Positions 10,612 through 20,997 of a stretch of DNA of 64,000 bases are shown piece after piece. Position 1 is the stretch's first letter. Each line of letters begins with the position of its first letter. Source of the stretch: a plasmid; the sequence record NZ_CP082905.1; one strand, 5' to 3'. The notes under the pieces were generated by a model. That model did no database searches, was not told the origin of the DNA, and saw nothing but the letters and a program-made list of their open reading frames with translations. The position numbers were made by a program, and so were the translations under genes.

Positions 10612-11838
10612 TCAAATATTTTTCCCCGGAATGGATGGCACGTTCTTATCCCGGTTCTGTCCAGCAGAGGAAGGATGGCGACGCCAGATCACTATGGAAA
10701 TCGCCGTGATGAACAGGGTAAGGATGGAAGATAAAAGCAGCGTGCCGGGTATGCCGTATCGCTCCAGCAGTATGGCGTAAGCTGACGGAGCGAGCGCCGC
10801 GAGTAAAAAAGCTGGTGACAGCAGTACGCCTGTTTTACGGGTATACTGCTGCGGATCAAACAGCACAAGAGGTAGTACGGCCTTAACTACCGTACTCAGT
10901 CCGTTCACAGCTCCGTAACTCAGAATAAAGATGGCTGTAGCCACAGGGGTAACATTACCTGCAAGGCCGGCCAGAAAGCAAAATGGCAGCAGAATGCCGG
11001 TAACCAGGCTCAGACGGATCGCAGAGGTACGTGCGCCAGAAGCCACGTCCAGCAGTCTGGCGCTCACCTGTCCCACTCCCCACAACATACCCGCCACAGC
11101 GGGCATACCATAAGCGGCCAGTATCTGAGGAAAATGAGTGGACATGCCGGTGGAAACAAAGCTTATCAGCGCTATTAGCGTGGCGTACCACAGGCCGCTG
11201 ATGAATGCTTTTCGGTCTTCTGCTGTTCCGATCGCCGGAAGAGCGGGCTGCCCGGCAACGGGAGGTTGACTCCGATGCCCTGCCGGAACGGTGGACAGAA
11301 AAAGCAGGCTGACAATGCCCGCACAGCCGTAAACGATAATCGCATGCCGCCAGTCGGTAATGTGCAGTAGCGCTGCGCCAGCTGGCCAGAACGCGGCTGA
11401 AGCGAGGCCACCCAGCAGGGTGACCAGGGAGACTGCCCGGCGGGCCCCTGCGCCTGCGGTTTCTACTAGCAGAGCAAACGCGGCATCATACAGAGCAAGT
11501 CGCATGCCGGCTCCCATCAGGAGCCAGACGGCAACCCACGATGCTGTTGAATGGGTAAAAGCCATCAGAAAACAACCGAGGACTATGGCGAAGGTTCCCG
11601 CCATCATCATCGTATGTACGCCGGTACGGGACATAAGGGGGCCGGTAAGCGGCGAAACAAGCCCCATAACAAGCATGGCAGTAGTCAGCCCGGAGAATGT
11701 CACAGCCGGCGACCAGCCTGTCTCCGCCATGATGGCGGTCCCGAAGACTCCCGGCATATAGAATGTGATACCCCAGTTGATTAGCTGCGTCATGCCAATG
11801 CAGAAAATGGTGCGGCCTGTCAGATGCCCGTCAGTCAA
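10612..11838 (-). CDS. MFS family transporter (12-TM)
   Basis: 408 aa hydrophobic with MFS-like repeats; forms an operon with the upstream GNAT gene, divergent from the LysR gene. Confidence 0.75.
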   Translation of the reverse strand: MTDGHLTGRTIFCIGMTQLINWGITFYMPGVFGTAIMAETGWSPAVTFSGLTTAMLVMGLVSPLTGPLMSRTGVHTMMMAGTFAIVLGCFLMAFTHSTASWVAVWLLMGAGMRLALYDAAFALLVETAGAGARRAVSLVTLLGGLASAAFWPAGAALLHITDWRHAIIVYGCAGIVSLLFLSTVPAGHRSQPPVAGQPALPAIGTAEDRKAFISGLWYATLIALISFVSTGMSTHFPQILAAYGMPAVAGMLWGVGQVSARLLDVASGARTSAIRLSLVTGILLPFCFLAGLAGNVTPVATAIFILSYGAVNGLSTVVKAVLPLVLFDPQQYTRKTGVLLSPAFLLAALAPSAYAILLERYGIPGTLLLSSILTLFITAISIVIWRRHPSSAGQNRDKNVPSIPGKNI

Positions 11839-12362
11839 CCTGTGCTCTCCGGAAATGTGGCGTCGCCCTGCCCGAGCGTACGCTGCAGGATGACCGTATC
11901 AAGCCAGCGTCCGTGCTTGAAGCCCACAGATTTGAGCGTTCCTGTAATGCTGAAGCCCGCCGCGCGATGCAGGGCAAGAGAGGCGGTATTTTCGCTGTTT
12001 CCGACTACGGCCACGAGCTGGCGAAAGCTACGGGCCTCTGCCCATGCGACCGCACTCGATAACAGCTTTTTTCCGATCCCCTGGCCCTGAAAGTTGGGGG
12101 CAATATATACAGAGTCCTCCAGGGTGAATCTGTAGGCGCACCGTTCCCGGTAGAGTGACAGGTAGCAGTATCCGCGCACATTGCCGTCCTCAACCGCCAC
12201 AAACCAGGGCAGTCCTGCTGCACGCACCTTTTTCAGACGGGCTGTCATTTCAGCCAAATCCGGCGGTTCGGTTTCAAAAGTGGCGGTGCCATGCAATACG
12301 TGATAAGCATAAATCTGCTGGATGGCAGGAATATGTCGTTCATCTGCTTCGGTTATTTCCAT
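11835..12362 (-). CDS. GNAT N-acetyltransferase, phosphinothricin-acetyltransferase (PAT)/ArsN1-like
   Basis: 175 aa; acetyl-CoA motif QGQGIGKKLL; overall PAT-family layout; 4-nt overlap with the MFS gene. Confidence 0.7.
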   Translation of the reverse strand: MEITEADERHIPAIQQIYAYHVLHGTATFETEPPDLAEMTARLKKVRAAGLPWFVAVEDGNVRGYCYLSLYRERCAYRFTLEDSVYIAPNFQGQGIGKKLLSSAVAWAEARSFRQLVAVVGNSENTASLALHRAAGFSITGTLKSVGFKHGRWLDTVILQRTLGQGDATFPESTG

Positions 12363-12460
12363 CGGTACGGCTCCTTCTACGGTCAGAAGCAGAGACTAAC
12401 CCGAATGAATAATTTCAGACAGGCAGCAGGACTTATCAGCGGCATAAGGAAAATTTTGGT

Positions 12461-13366
12461 ATGGCAAACCTGAACCTCGATTACCTGGCTACTTTCAGAC
12501 TGGTCGTCAGCCGGGGCAGTTTCTCCGGCGCGGCTGAAGCACTTAGCCTGTCGCAGCCGGCAGTGAGCCTGCAGATAAGACAACTGGAGCAGGCGCTTCA
12601 GGTCCGGCTTATTGAGCGAACCAGCCGGGGAGTAAGGCCCACGCCTGCCGGGCTGACTCTCGTTGAGCACAGCATGAAAATTGATGCAGTGGTAAGTACA
12701 GCAGTTGAATCGGTGTGCCTGCATTCCGACGAGATAACCGGCACTGTTACTGTCGGCACAGGCGCAACGGCCTGTATTCATCTACTGCCCCCCTTACTGC
12801 AGCAACTGCGGCAGGCCCATCCCCTGCTGAAGGTGGACGTACGCACAGGTAACACTTCCGATATTGTGCGGGGCGTGGAGGAAAATCGTATAGATATTGG
12901 CCTGGTGACTCTGCCAGCCGCAGGTAAAAACCTGAACATCATCCCGCAGGGTACGGATGAGTTTGTTGTCATCATGGAAAAGGATGCATCAGAGCAGAGC
13001 GCGAAAATATGGACTCCGGGCGCCTTGCTGCCGCTGCCGCTGATTATCTTTGAACCGGGAAGCGGGACACGCGCCCTGATTGACCAGTGGTTCCGGGAGA
13101 CGGGACATATTGCCTGCCCGGTCATGGAGCTTGGCAGTATCGAGGCTATTAAAAGAATGGTCCGTGCAGGTCTTGGCTACAGCATTGTTCCCCGAATGTC
13201 CGTTGCATGCATCGAGGAAAGATCGGGGCTCGATCTTTACTCTGTGACGCCCTCTCTTCACCGGACTCTCGGGGCAGTTATGCGGGAGGACCGGATTGTA
13301 AGCAGAGGAATCAATGAAGTGCTGAAAAGCCTAAACAGCAGTTTTGCAAAAAACGAAATCATATAA
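12461..13366 (+). CDS. LysR-family transcriptional regulator
   Basis: N-terminal HTH LDYLATFRLVVSRGSFSGAAEALSLSQPAVSLQIRQLEQAL plus co-inducer domain; divergent from the GNAT-MFS operon. Confidence 0.88.
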   Translation: MANLNLDYLATFRLVVSRGSFSGAAEALSLSQPAVSLQIRQLEQALQVRLIERTSRGVRPTPAGLTLVEHSMKIDAVVSTAVESVCLHSDEITGTVTVGTGATACIHLLPPLLQQLRQAHPLLKVDVRTGNTSDIVRGVEENRIDIGLVTLPAAGKNLNIIPQGTDEFVVIMEKDASEQSAKIWTPGALLPLPLIIFEPGSGTRALIDQWFRETGHIACPVMELGSIEAIKRMVRAGLGYSIVPRMSVACIEERSGLDLYSVTPSLHRTLGAVMREDRIVSRGINEVLKSLNSSFAKNEII

Positions 13367-14116
13367 ATATTATTCGATATCTAAACCGGACAGGTCCGGT
13401 CTACTCTTCCCGGCGAAGTATCACTACAGCGTTTACCAGCTACCAATGTCCGCTCCTGGCACACAGCGGACATTCAGCCCGGTTAAGCTTCCCTGCCTGA
13501 AGCGAACGAGTCTGGCGTGCAGTGCGCAATCAGCCCTGAATGCCGCTGAGAGTGACACTGATGTTAAACGGCACAGCGCGCCCGGCATAGCCGGTTACAG
13601 GCACATACATCGCTGCCGCATCATACCTTTCTCTGAACGGCTTAAACCAACTCCCAGCAAAAAAACAGCTATGGTAAACCCTTTTAACTACGGTGAACGG
13701 GCTTTACGGCGCTTGCGACGTTAAGTCTTGGCGTCTGCAGCTTACTGCTAACGCCAGGGGGCAATATAACTCTCAGCGACAGCCATAGCACTTAACACGC
13801 TAGCCGCTAACTTAAGTAAGCAACCGATACAAAACACATAGTAAAAGTTAGTTGTTAAATACTTCTTAAAATCATTAGCTTATTAATAACTAATTGTTAG
13901 TTTCATTCAGATACAATGACGGCTGCGTGATTGCCCGCAGCAGGGAAGCGAAGAAGTATGTGAAAATGGGCGAGCCGTGGTTTAAAATAAAAAATCAGCA
14001 ATTCCCCGAGAAAATACATTTCTTTTCAAGCAATTATGCGCTTTAGTAAGTTAAGTGGAATGCAACATTTGCGGTATAGACTTTAGCCAGTTGTCCTGAA
14101 CTGAAAGGGGAAGGCC

Positions 14117-15106
14117 GTGAACACAAAAACACATTCCACTTCGGCTTTGCTGCTGGCCGGGCAGTGGCTTAAAATTCTTTCGAATTTAGGAAGAGCCAGC
14201 TCAACTATTAAAGCCTATCGAAGTGCCCTGACGCATTTTTTTGCCTTCTGTGAAATACACGATATTGCTCCTGAAAGGGCTTCCTTTGAAGACATTGCAG
14301 GATATATCCGCCCTCAGCTCCCTGATATGCCGTCACCCGTTGCCAGCGCCACACTCCAGTTGCGCATTTCAGCTCTTCGCCTCTGGTATGACTTTCTGAT
14401 CTACCAGGATATTTGCCGTCTCAACCCGTTACCCCGTTCGGGTTTGCCTGGTGCCATTTATACCGGGCGAGGCCTGATCCCACGTATCACCCGCCTCCCC
14501 GTTATTCCCGATGACGGGCAGTGGCTCAGGTTCCTGAAACACGTTTCTGCCGCGTCCCTGCGTGACCGGCTGATGCTTGCTCTGGCGTATTATGGCGCGC
14601 TCCGGCGTACGGAAGTGACGGCTCTGAGGCTTGAGGACATTGATCTGGCTCACCGCCTGATACGCATCCGCGCAGAGACGACGAAAAACAGACGGGAAAG
14701 AATGGTCTGCTACAGCGCTGACGTTGCGCGGGTACTGGCAAATCATTTCCAACAGCTACGGCTGGCAGGCTGGTCAGGCGGTGCTCTGTTCCGTTCCGCC
14801 TCTGACCGTAATTACGGCGCTCCGCTCTCGTTCTGGAGCTGGAGTAAAACCGTGCGGAAATGGGCGACAGAGACTGATCAGCCAGACATCACCACGCATA
14901 CTTTTCGTCACCTCCGGCTGACGCACCTGGCACGGGCCGGATGGAAACTGCATGAACTGGCTACGTATGCAGGGCACAGGGACCCGCGTACCACACAAAT
15001 TTATATTCATCTGTCGGGAACGGATATGGCTGCCCGCATGGCTGCTGCCGTCGCTGAAACCGACCGGAAGATCGCAGAGCTTATCTTTCAGGCGGGGGCA
15101 GTGTGA
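14117..15106 (+). CDS. Tyrosine-type site-specific recombinase (329 aa)
   Basis: C-terminal catalytic region HTFRHLRLTHLARAGWKLHELATYAGHRDPRTTQIYIH (R..H..Y); preceded by a ~390-bp AT-rich non-coding tract. Confidence 0.85.
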   Translation: MNTKTHSTSALLLAGQWLKILSNLGRASSTIKAYRSALTHFFAFCEIHDIAPERASFEDIAGYIRPQLPDMPSPVASATLQLRISALRLWYDFLIYQDICRLNPLPRSGLPGAIYTGRGLIPRITRLPVIPDDGQWLRFLKHVSAASLRDRLMLALAYYGALRRTEVTALRLEDIDLAHRLIRIRAETTKNRRERMVCYSADVARVLANHFQQLRLAGWSGGALFRSASDRNYGAPLSFWSWSKTVRKWATETDQPDITTHTFRHLRLTHLARAGWKLHELATYAGHRDPRTTQIYIHLSGTDMAARMAAAVAETDRKIAELIFQAGAV

Positions 15107-17232
15107 TGAAAGCAGAAACAGGAATTCATAACATTTATGTCCCTTTCAGTCGTTCAGACTATCAGCTGAATAATGTGTTAAACACTGAAGAGCGCGAGGC
15201 GTTAAGCACCGGGCACAAACGTACCTCTGCTCTGAGCCAGCAAGGTCCGCTGTCATCTTTACTGCGGCCTCTTCAGGATATTGCCGACCGCAGCGGCACA
15301 AGTGACAGACTCGTCAGGATTATCATTTCTGCCGTTCTGGCGGAAATACACCGGACAGGGCAACCCTGCTGGCTGTGGGGATCAGAAAAGTGGCTGACGC
15401 TGTGCCAGCAGCACCGTTCAGGCAGGCCCCTTATTGCGGCTTTTGCCTTCCATCTTGGCCCGTTCCCCTCACCGTTCGATCTGCCGCATCATGGTGCCCC
15501 GTCGCTGTACGCCTGTGCCATCTATGGCCGGGAATTTTTCACACAGGAACTTAACCGGCTGACGGAAGCTCTGGTTTCACTGGGATACAAACGCAGGAAC
15601 CAGAAAAATCAGCTGTCAGCCCTGCTGGGCATACTGATGATGATGAACAGTAATCCTCAGCTCGAAAGCTTCACGACTGATCTCCTGTGGCGCGCGCAGA
15701 AATATCACGATCGCGGGATCGCAAAGACAGTGGGCAGAGTTTCGCATGCGCTTGCCGCAATGGGCATCATCAAAAGCCCCGTGCGTATGCGCAATTACCA
15801 GGAGTGGCGCGAAAAACCGACAGAAGACATCGCACTGGCCTGGGTAGCATGGTGCCGGCGGTGGAGGGAAACCTCAGTGCTTCGTCCCCGATCCAGAGAG
15901 AGCCAGTACAGTTTTATCCTCCGCTGCGGCCTGTGGCTCGCCCGGGAGCATCCGGAAATACGCGAGCCGTCCGACTGGACAATGGAGATCTGCGCAAGCT
16001 TCATTGCAACAGTCGGAAGAATGAAAGTCGATGAACTTTCTCTGGGCACGGCACAGGGGATGCGCCGGTCTTCCCGTTCCGGAGAACCCATGCTGCCAAA
16101 CTCCCGCGCCGGTTTTGTGTATGCCGTCCGCCGCTTTATGATTGACTACGAGAGCTGGGGATGGGGACGGCTGAAATTCAGTCCGTCCCGCCATCTCTCC
16201 ACGCCTGATACGCCGCTGTTTCGTCAGGGCGTCAACCCCCGGGTTATTGATGATCCGGTCTGGCTGAAACTGGTATGGGCAAGTCTGAACCTGCGTCAGG
16301 AAGATTTGCTGAGTGAAATTCATTATCCCCTGTCTATGCTGCAGGCTATGGCGGTCATCTGGACGCATGCAGGGCTGCGCCAGAATGAGCTGATGCGCCT
16401 GACCGCAGGCTGCATCATTCCACAATCGGAAGATATTAACCGGGACGACGGCAGTACCATTCCTGCCGGGACCCTTTGCTACCTTAATGTGCCAGCTGGC
16501 AAGACCTCTAAAGCCTTTGTTAAACCGGTTTCTGCTGCAGTGAAAAAGTATGTCGATATCTGGCTGGCAGAGCGACCAGAAGAGCAGGCAGCGCTGACGG
16601 ATGAACGCACCGGTGAAAAGGTCCGTTTCCTGTTTCAGTACCGGGGCAAAGCCGTGGGAAGAGATATAATAAACCGCACCGTTATTCCGGTTCTCTGTGC
16701 CAGAGCGGGGATGCCGGAGGAAGACAGCCGGGGTCCCATTACCAGCCACCGGGGGCGAGCATCGGCCGTGACAGCACTGGCCAGTGTTCCTCAGGGCATG
16801 TCGCTATACGAGCTGATGCAGTGGTCAGGTCACTCTTCGCCGCAGTCTACGATGCATTATATTCGTATACGGCCGACACAGCTGGCAGCCTCTTTTGTGA
16901 AGGCGGACCGGGTCGCGCATATGATGAGCGTGCTGATTGACCATGATCCGCTTGCCGTCAGCCTCACCGGTCCGGCAATATATTATGATCTCGGCGATTC
17001 GTACTGTATGAATCCTTTCTGGAGCAACTGCCCGCACCGGATGGCGTGCATCGGTTGTGACTTTAATCTGCCAAAACAGAGTGCAAGAGGACTTCTGCTC
17101 GAAAGTAAGGCGTCCGTAAAAAGATATCTGGAGGAGGTGCCGCTGACGGTTGACGAGAGAGCCATCGTGGAGGGAGATACGGAAAAACTGGAGGCTGCTC
17201 TGAGAAAAAGCAGTAAGGTTCTCATCCGGTAA
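15103..17232 (+). CDS. Large tyrosine-type recombinase (709 aa) with a long N-terminal extension; translationally coupled to the upstream recombinase
   Basis: C-terminus ...SHRGRASAVTALAS...LMQWSGHSSPQSTMHYIRI (catalytic HxxR...Y); ATGA overlap with the 329-aa recombinase; pair arrangement reminiscent of Tn554 TnpA/TnpB. Confidence 0.8.
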   Translation: MMKAETGIHNIYVPFSRSDYQLNNVLNTEEREALSTGHKRTSALSQQGPLSSLLRPLQDIADRSGTSDRLVRIIISAVLAEIHRTGQPCWLWGSEKWLTLCQQHRSGRPLIAAFAFHLGPFPSPFDLPHHGAPSLYACAIYGREFFTQELNRLTEALVSLGYKRRNQKNQLSALLGILMMMNSNPQLESFTTDLLWRAQKYHDRGIAKTVGRVSHALAAMGIIKSPVRMRNYQEWREKPTEDIALAWVAWCRRWRETSVLRPRSRESQYSFILRCGLWLAREHPEIREPSDWTMEICASFIATVGRMKVDELSLGTAQGMRRSSRSGEPMLPNSRAGFVYAVRRFMIDYESWGWGRLKFSPSRHLSTPDTPLFRQGVNPRVIDDPVWLKLVWASLNLRQEDLLSEIHYPLSMLQAMAVIWTHAGLRQNELMRLTAGCIIPQSEDINRDDGSTIPAGTLCYLNVPAGKTSKAFVKPVSAAVKKYVDIWLAERPEEQAALTDERTGEKVRFLFQYRGKAVGRDIINRTVIPVLCARAGMPEEDSRGPITSHRGRASAVTALASVPQGMSLYELMQWSGHSSPQSTMHYIRIRPTQLAASFVKADRVAHMMSVLIDHDPLAVSLTGPAIYYDLGDSYCMNPFWSNCPHRMACIGCDFNLPKQSARGLLLESKASVKRYLEEVPLTVDERAIVEGDTEKLEAALRKSSKVLIR

Positions 17233-17403
17233 AACATCTGTCCGGACAGCATATTATTTCAGGTAAGTAGCAGCACAGTGCGTGAGTTCTGCGTCGTAAC
17301 AGAAAGTCAGCAGTCAAAGCTGATTCACTGAGCCATACCTCTTTTTTCCGCAGTCATTCCGGTTTAGATTATTTCTTTTTTCTGCCTGAAAAAAGATAAA
17401 TAA

Positions 17404-17422
17404 GGGCCCTCTCAGGGGCCCT
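17404..17422. terminator. GC hairpin GGGCCCTCTCAGGGGCCC between the recombinase gene and the convergent DUF305 gene
   Basis: Perfect 7-bp stem seen in sequence. Confidence 0.45.
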
Positions 17423-17462
17423 GCCGGTCGGTTGAAATCAGTCTTCTGATGTCAGCTGTAAA

Positions 17463-17813
17463 CTATTTATTCAGCCATTTTTCCAGATGTTCAATCTCCG
17501 CCTTCTGTGCTTTGATGACATCTTCAGCCATATTTCTCATTTCAGGATCTTTTCCGTACTTCAGCTCTGTTTCGGCCATGGCTATCGCGCCTTTATGGTG
17601 CTCAGCCATGCCTCTGGCAAAAGCCCTGTCTGCATCCTGCTCCTTCATCGCATCCATCATGCTGCGGTGCATATTCTGCATGCCGGCCATGTATTCTTTT
17701 GAGGCCGGGGACATATGCATGTCCTGCGTCATCTTCATATCTGGCTTCTGTGCCATAGCCGCAACTGGCAGAACAACCAGCAGGGAAACCAGGGCTGTCT
17801 GTAATTTTTTCAT
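17463..17813 (-). CDS. Secreted DUF305-like metal-binding protein (116 aa) sitting where pcoE normally is
   Basis: Signal peptide MKKLQTALVSLLVVLPVAAMA; Met/His-rich; HH..GAI.MA...GKDPEMR..A..VI..Q..EI..L..WL resembles the DUF305 motif. Confidence 0.6.
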   Translation of the reverse strand: MKKLQTALVSLLVVLPVAAMAQKPDMKMTQDMHMSPASKEYMAGMQNMHRSMMDAMKEQDADRAFARGMAEHHKGAIAMAETELKYGKDPEMRNMAEDVIKAQKAEIEHLEKWLNK

Positions 17814-17957
17814 GATCCGTTCCTTTACTGGGCTAAGATACTCAAGTTTAGTTAAGCACCCGGGATCGTTTCACAAAACCGGGAAAGAAATCCTTGATTT
17901 AAAGCAGTTCAGAATTATTACGGGCGAAAGCATGAAGAAAGCGCACATCAACGTAAA

Positions 17958-19355
17958 TCATGCTGCTGGTATTTTTACCGTAAACGTAACGATGTCTTCG
18001 TCCAAAAAAACCTGCAATGTACCGTTGTGAGCCTGAACAACGGCTCGCGTGATGGAAAGGCCCAGGCCAGCACCGTCCGTGTTATGTTGCCGGGACGAGT
18101 CGCCCCGGTAAAAGCGATCAAAAAGCCTGTCCAGATTTTCCTGCGTGATGGCTTCCGTGCGGTTAGATATATAAACAAACGCCATCCCGATCTGCTGTTC
18201 TGCCCGGATCAGGATCGCCGCGCCGTCTGAAGAGTACTTTATGGCATTGGTTATCAGGTTGCTCAGCGCCCGGCGTAGCATCAGACGATCGCCCTTCATG
18301 CTGGCCTCCCCTTCAAGCGTCAGGGTTTTACCGTTTTCAGCGGCCAGCGGCTCGAAAAATTCGATTAGTTCTTCGAGTTCTGCCTTTGCGGAAAAAATCT
18401 CATTTTCCAGCGCCAGCAGCCCGTTTTCAGACTTCGCCAGAAACAGCATGTCGCTGCTCATTCTGGCAAGTCGGCCCAGCTCCTCCAGGTTTGAGAAAAG
18501 CACTTCCCGGTAGCTGGCAGCGTCACGCTCCCGGGACAGGGCAACCTGCGTCTGCATCATCAGGTTACTTACGGGAGTGCGCAGCTCATGGGCTATGTCA
18601 GATGAAAACTCTGACAGGCGCCTGAAAGAGCCCTCCAGTCTCTCCAGCATGCTGTTAAACTCGGCTACGGTAGGCATAAGCTCCGAAGGAAGGTGTCGGG
18701 CCGGCAGGCGCTCACTGAGATTATTAACGGTAATAGCCGAAGCCAGCCGGTTTATTTCATTCAGCGGCCGGAGTCCGATGCGGGTGGCAAGCCAGCCCAG
18801 CAAGACAGAAAGAAAAATCAGTCCCCCGTTAAGCCACATCAGCCACTCTTTCAGCTGGCCGATAAATTCATCATGAAAGCCAGTATCGTAGGCGGCTGTT
18901 ATCAGCACGTCCCGGTGCCTGCCCGCGTTCTCTGCACCGATTTTTTTAATCATGACGTTATAGCGCCAGCCGTCTTCCTCCACCGTCTGCAGGGTGTTCA
19001 GCTTCAGAGCCTCACCGGCAAAGCGCTCAGCCGGAACCGGGAAGCCGGGAGAGAAATAGTCGGCGAGTATTTGATTATCAGCAGTCCTGATCGACAGATA
19101 AAGTCCGCTATGGCCCACCATGGCGTCGGCAAGCTTGCGGGCAAGCCCGACGGTATCAAGCTTTCCTGTACGGACTTCACTTTCCAGCAGTTCGGTAGCC
19201 AGCTCAAGCTTACCGGTCAGCAGCGTAAGGTCCTGGCTGCGAAAGTAACTGCCCAGCGCGGCAACCAGCAGAACGCTGGTAAGCAGCCAGACGGACATCA
19301 TGACACCGGCAAAGACCAGGCTAAGTCTGGAAGTCAGAGACCAGTTACGCTTCAT
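17958..19355 (-). CDS. pcoS: Copper-responsive sensor histidine kinase PcoS/CusS family
   Basis: Two TM segments, HAMP, H-box SDIAHELRTP, ATPase G-boxes; ATGA overlap with pcoR. Confidence 0.9.
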   Translation of the reverse strand: MKRNWSLTSRLSLVFAGVMMSVWLLTSVLLVAALGSYFRSQDLTLLTGKLELATELLESEVRTGKLDTVGLARKLADAMVGHSGLYLSIRTADNQILADYFSPGFPVPAERFAGEALKLNTLQTVEEDGWRYNVMIKKIGAENAGRHRDVLITAAYDTGFHDEFIGQLKEWLMWLNGGLIFLSVLLGWLATRIGLRPLNEINRLASAITVNNLSERLPARHLPSELMPTVAEFNSMLERLEGSFRRLSEFSSDIAHELRTPVSNLMMQTQVALSRERDAASYREVLFSNLEELGRLARMSSDMLFLAKSENGLLALENEIFSAKAELEELIEFFEPLAAENGKTLTLEGEASMKGDRLMLRRALSNLITNAIKYSSDGAAILIRAEQQIGMAFVYISNRTEAITQENLDRLFDRFYRGDSSRQHNTDGAGLGLSITRAVVQAHNGTLQVFLDEDIVTFTVKIPAA

Positions 19356-20032
19356 TCTTCACGTATCTCCAGCACGTAGCCAATGCCGCGCACGGTATGG
19401 ATCAGCTTCGGGCTGAAGTCATCATCCACCTTGCTGCGCAGCCGCCGGACAGCCACATCAATCACGTTAGTGTCACTCTCAAAATTAATATTCCAGACCA
19501 GGGAGGAGATGAGATTTCTTGGCAGCACTTCACCGCGACGCTGCAGCAGCAGCTCAAGCAGAACAAACTCTTTTGTGGACAGATGAATTTTTTTGCCGGA
19601 ACGGCTGACGCTCCGGCGGGATATGTCCATCACCAGGTCAGCTATTTCGTACATGCCGGATGCCAGAGAGCGGTTACGCCTGAGCTGGGTCCGGATACGG
19701 GCCAGAAGCTCGGCAAAATCGAACGGCTTGAGAAGATAGTCATCGGCTCCCAGGTCCAGGCCTTTGATTTTTTCGCTGACGTTATCCCTTGCGGTCAGAA
19801 ACAGCACGGGCTCTTCGTGGCGGGCCATTCTCATCTGCCGCAGAATGTCCCAGCCGTCCAGGGAGGGCAGCATCACATCAAGAATAATCAGGTCGTAGCG
19901 CTGCTGAAGGATATGCTCCAGCCCCTGACGGCCGTCATTCACAAGGGTGACGTCATACCCTGCCTCCTGAAGACCCTGTTTCAGGTAAGTCCCGGTTTTA
20001 ATTTCATCCTCGACGATCAGAAGAGTGGTCAT
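19352..20032 (-). CDS. pcoR: Copper response regulator PcoR/CusR (OmpR family)
   Basis: MTTLLIVEDEIKTG...DLIILDVMLP receiver plus winged-helix; 226 aa from internal Met. Confidence 0.9.
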   Translation of the reverse strand: MTTLLIVEDEIKTGTYLKQGLQEAGYDVTLVNDGRQGLEHILQQRYDLIILDVMLPSLDGWDILRQMRMARHEEPVLFLTARDNVSEKIKGLDLGADDYLLKPFDFAELLARIRTQLRRNRSLASGMYEIADLVMDISRRSVSRSGKKIHLSTKEFVLLELLLQRRGEVLPRNLISSLVWNINFESDTNVIDVAVRRLRSKVDDDFSPKLIHTVRGIGYVLEIREE

Positions 20033-20060
20033 GGTATAAGGGCCCTGCAGCTGAGTGTCG

Positions 20061-20993
20061 TTACGCCATACCGTTACCGGGCGACAGCGTGCCAAGCCAG
20101 GCTACGGTCGCCAGAATCAGGATAGACACGCTGAACTCTGTAATAATACTTTTGCGCATCAACGCAATACCCGTCTTATAGTGGCCCTGACCGAGCGCAT
20201 TTTCCAGTGCGGGTGCAAGCCGGAAGCGGTTCGCGGCAGCCAGCAACAGCATAACGAAAAACAAGCCTGTCTTGATTAGCAGGAGCAGCCCGTAGTGGCT
20301 GCCCGGCAAAGATTTGACCGGGTCTTCCACAATGAAGAAAAAGTTAATGACGGCGGTGATGACAATACTCAGCACAATCACCGTGCCGGCCCGGGAAAAG
20401 CCCGTCAGGGCTTCCGCAAGCTGCCGGACGTGGCTGGCCGTCTGCGCCTTTTTGATGCATAACAGAATGGCAAAGGCCGTGAGCGCGCCCACCCATGCAC
20501 CGGCTGCCGACAGGTGGATGATATCGCTCAGCAGATGCAGATAGTAGCTCATACCGTCGTTCATGGCCGCATGACCGCCCCATGCCAGGGTGGCCAGCGC
20601 TGTGCCTCCGGAAAGCGTGAGAACGTAACGCGACAGAACGGCATTGCGCAGGCGCAGGCCCAGTCCGATGAAGGCCAGCACGAGTGCGGCAAGCCGGATA
20701 ACCCAGCTGAGGCCGACCGCAGTCTCACCGATAACCATCTCTATGATGTGGAGCGTGATTTCACCTGCGTCGGTCACGCCACTCATCGCCTGCGCGACCA
20801 GCAGCATATTCGCCAGCGACAGAACAATGCCGACGGATATCAGAATAAAGAAGAACGACCAGACACTGAATAATGACACCGATTTTTTAAGCGTTCCCTT
20901 CACGGCATACAGTTCAAATAAAGGCAGCCCAAACAGAACCATAAGGTCAAGGTAAAGGAAAAAGCGGATAACAATAAAAGTCTGATCGTTCAT
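20061..20993 (-). CDS. pcoD: Copper resistance inner-membrane protein PcoD/CopD
   Basis: 310 aa multi-TM; position after pcoC. Confidence 0.88.
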   Translation of the reverse strand: MNDQTFIVIRFFLYLDLMVLFGLPLFELYAVKGTLKKSVSLFSVWSFFFILISVGIVLSLANMLLVAQAMSGVTDAGEITLHIIEMVIGETAVGLSWVIRLAALVLAFIGLGLRLRNAVLSRYVLTLSGGTALATLAWGGHAAMNDGMSYYLHLLSDIIHLSAAGAWVGALTAFAILLCIKKAQTASHVRQLAEALTGFSRAGTVIVLSIVITAVINFFFIVEDPVKSLPGSHYGLLLLIKTGLFFVMLLLAAANRFRLAPALENALGQGHYKTGIALMRKSIITEFSVSILILATVAWLGTLSPGNGMA

Positions 20994-20997
20994 GGCA

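Noticed and set aside
13344-13724. 126-aa ORF after the LysR gene
   Set aside because: No RBS and atypical composition. The region looks non-coding and leads into the AT-rich tract.
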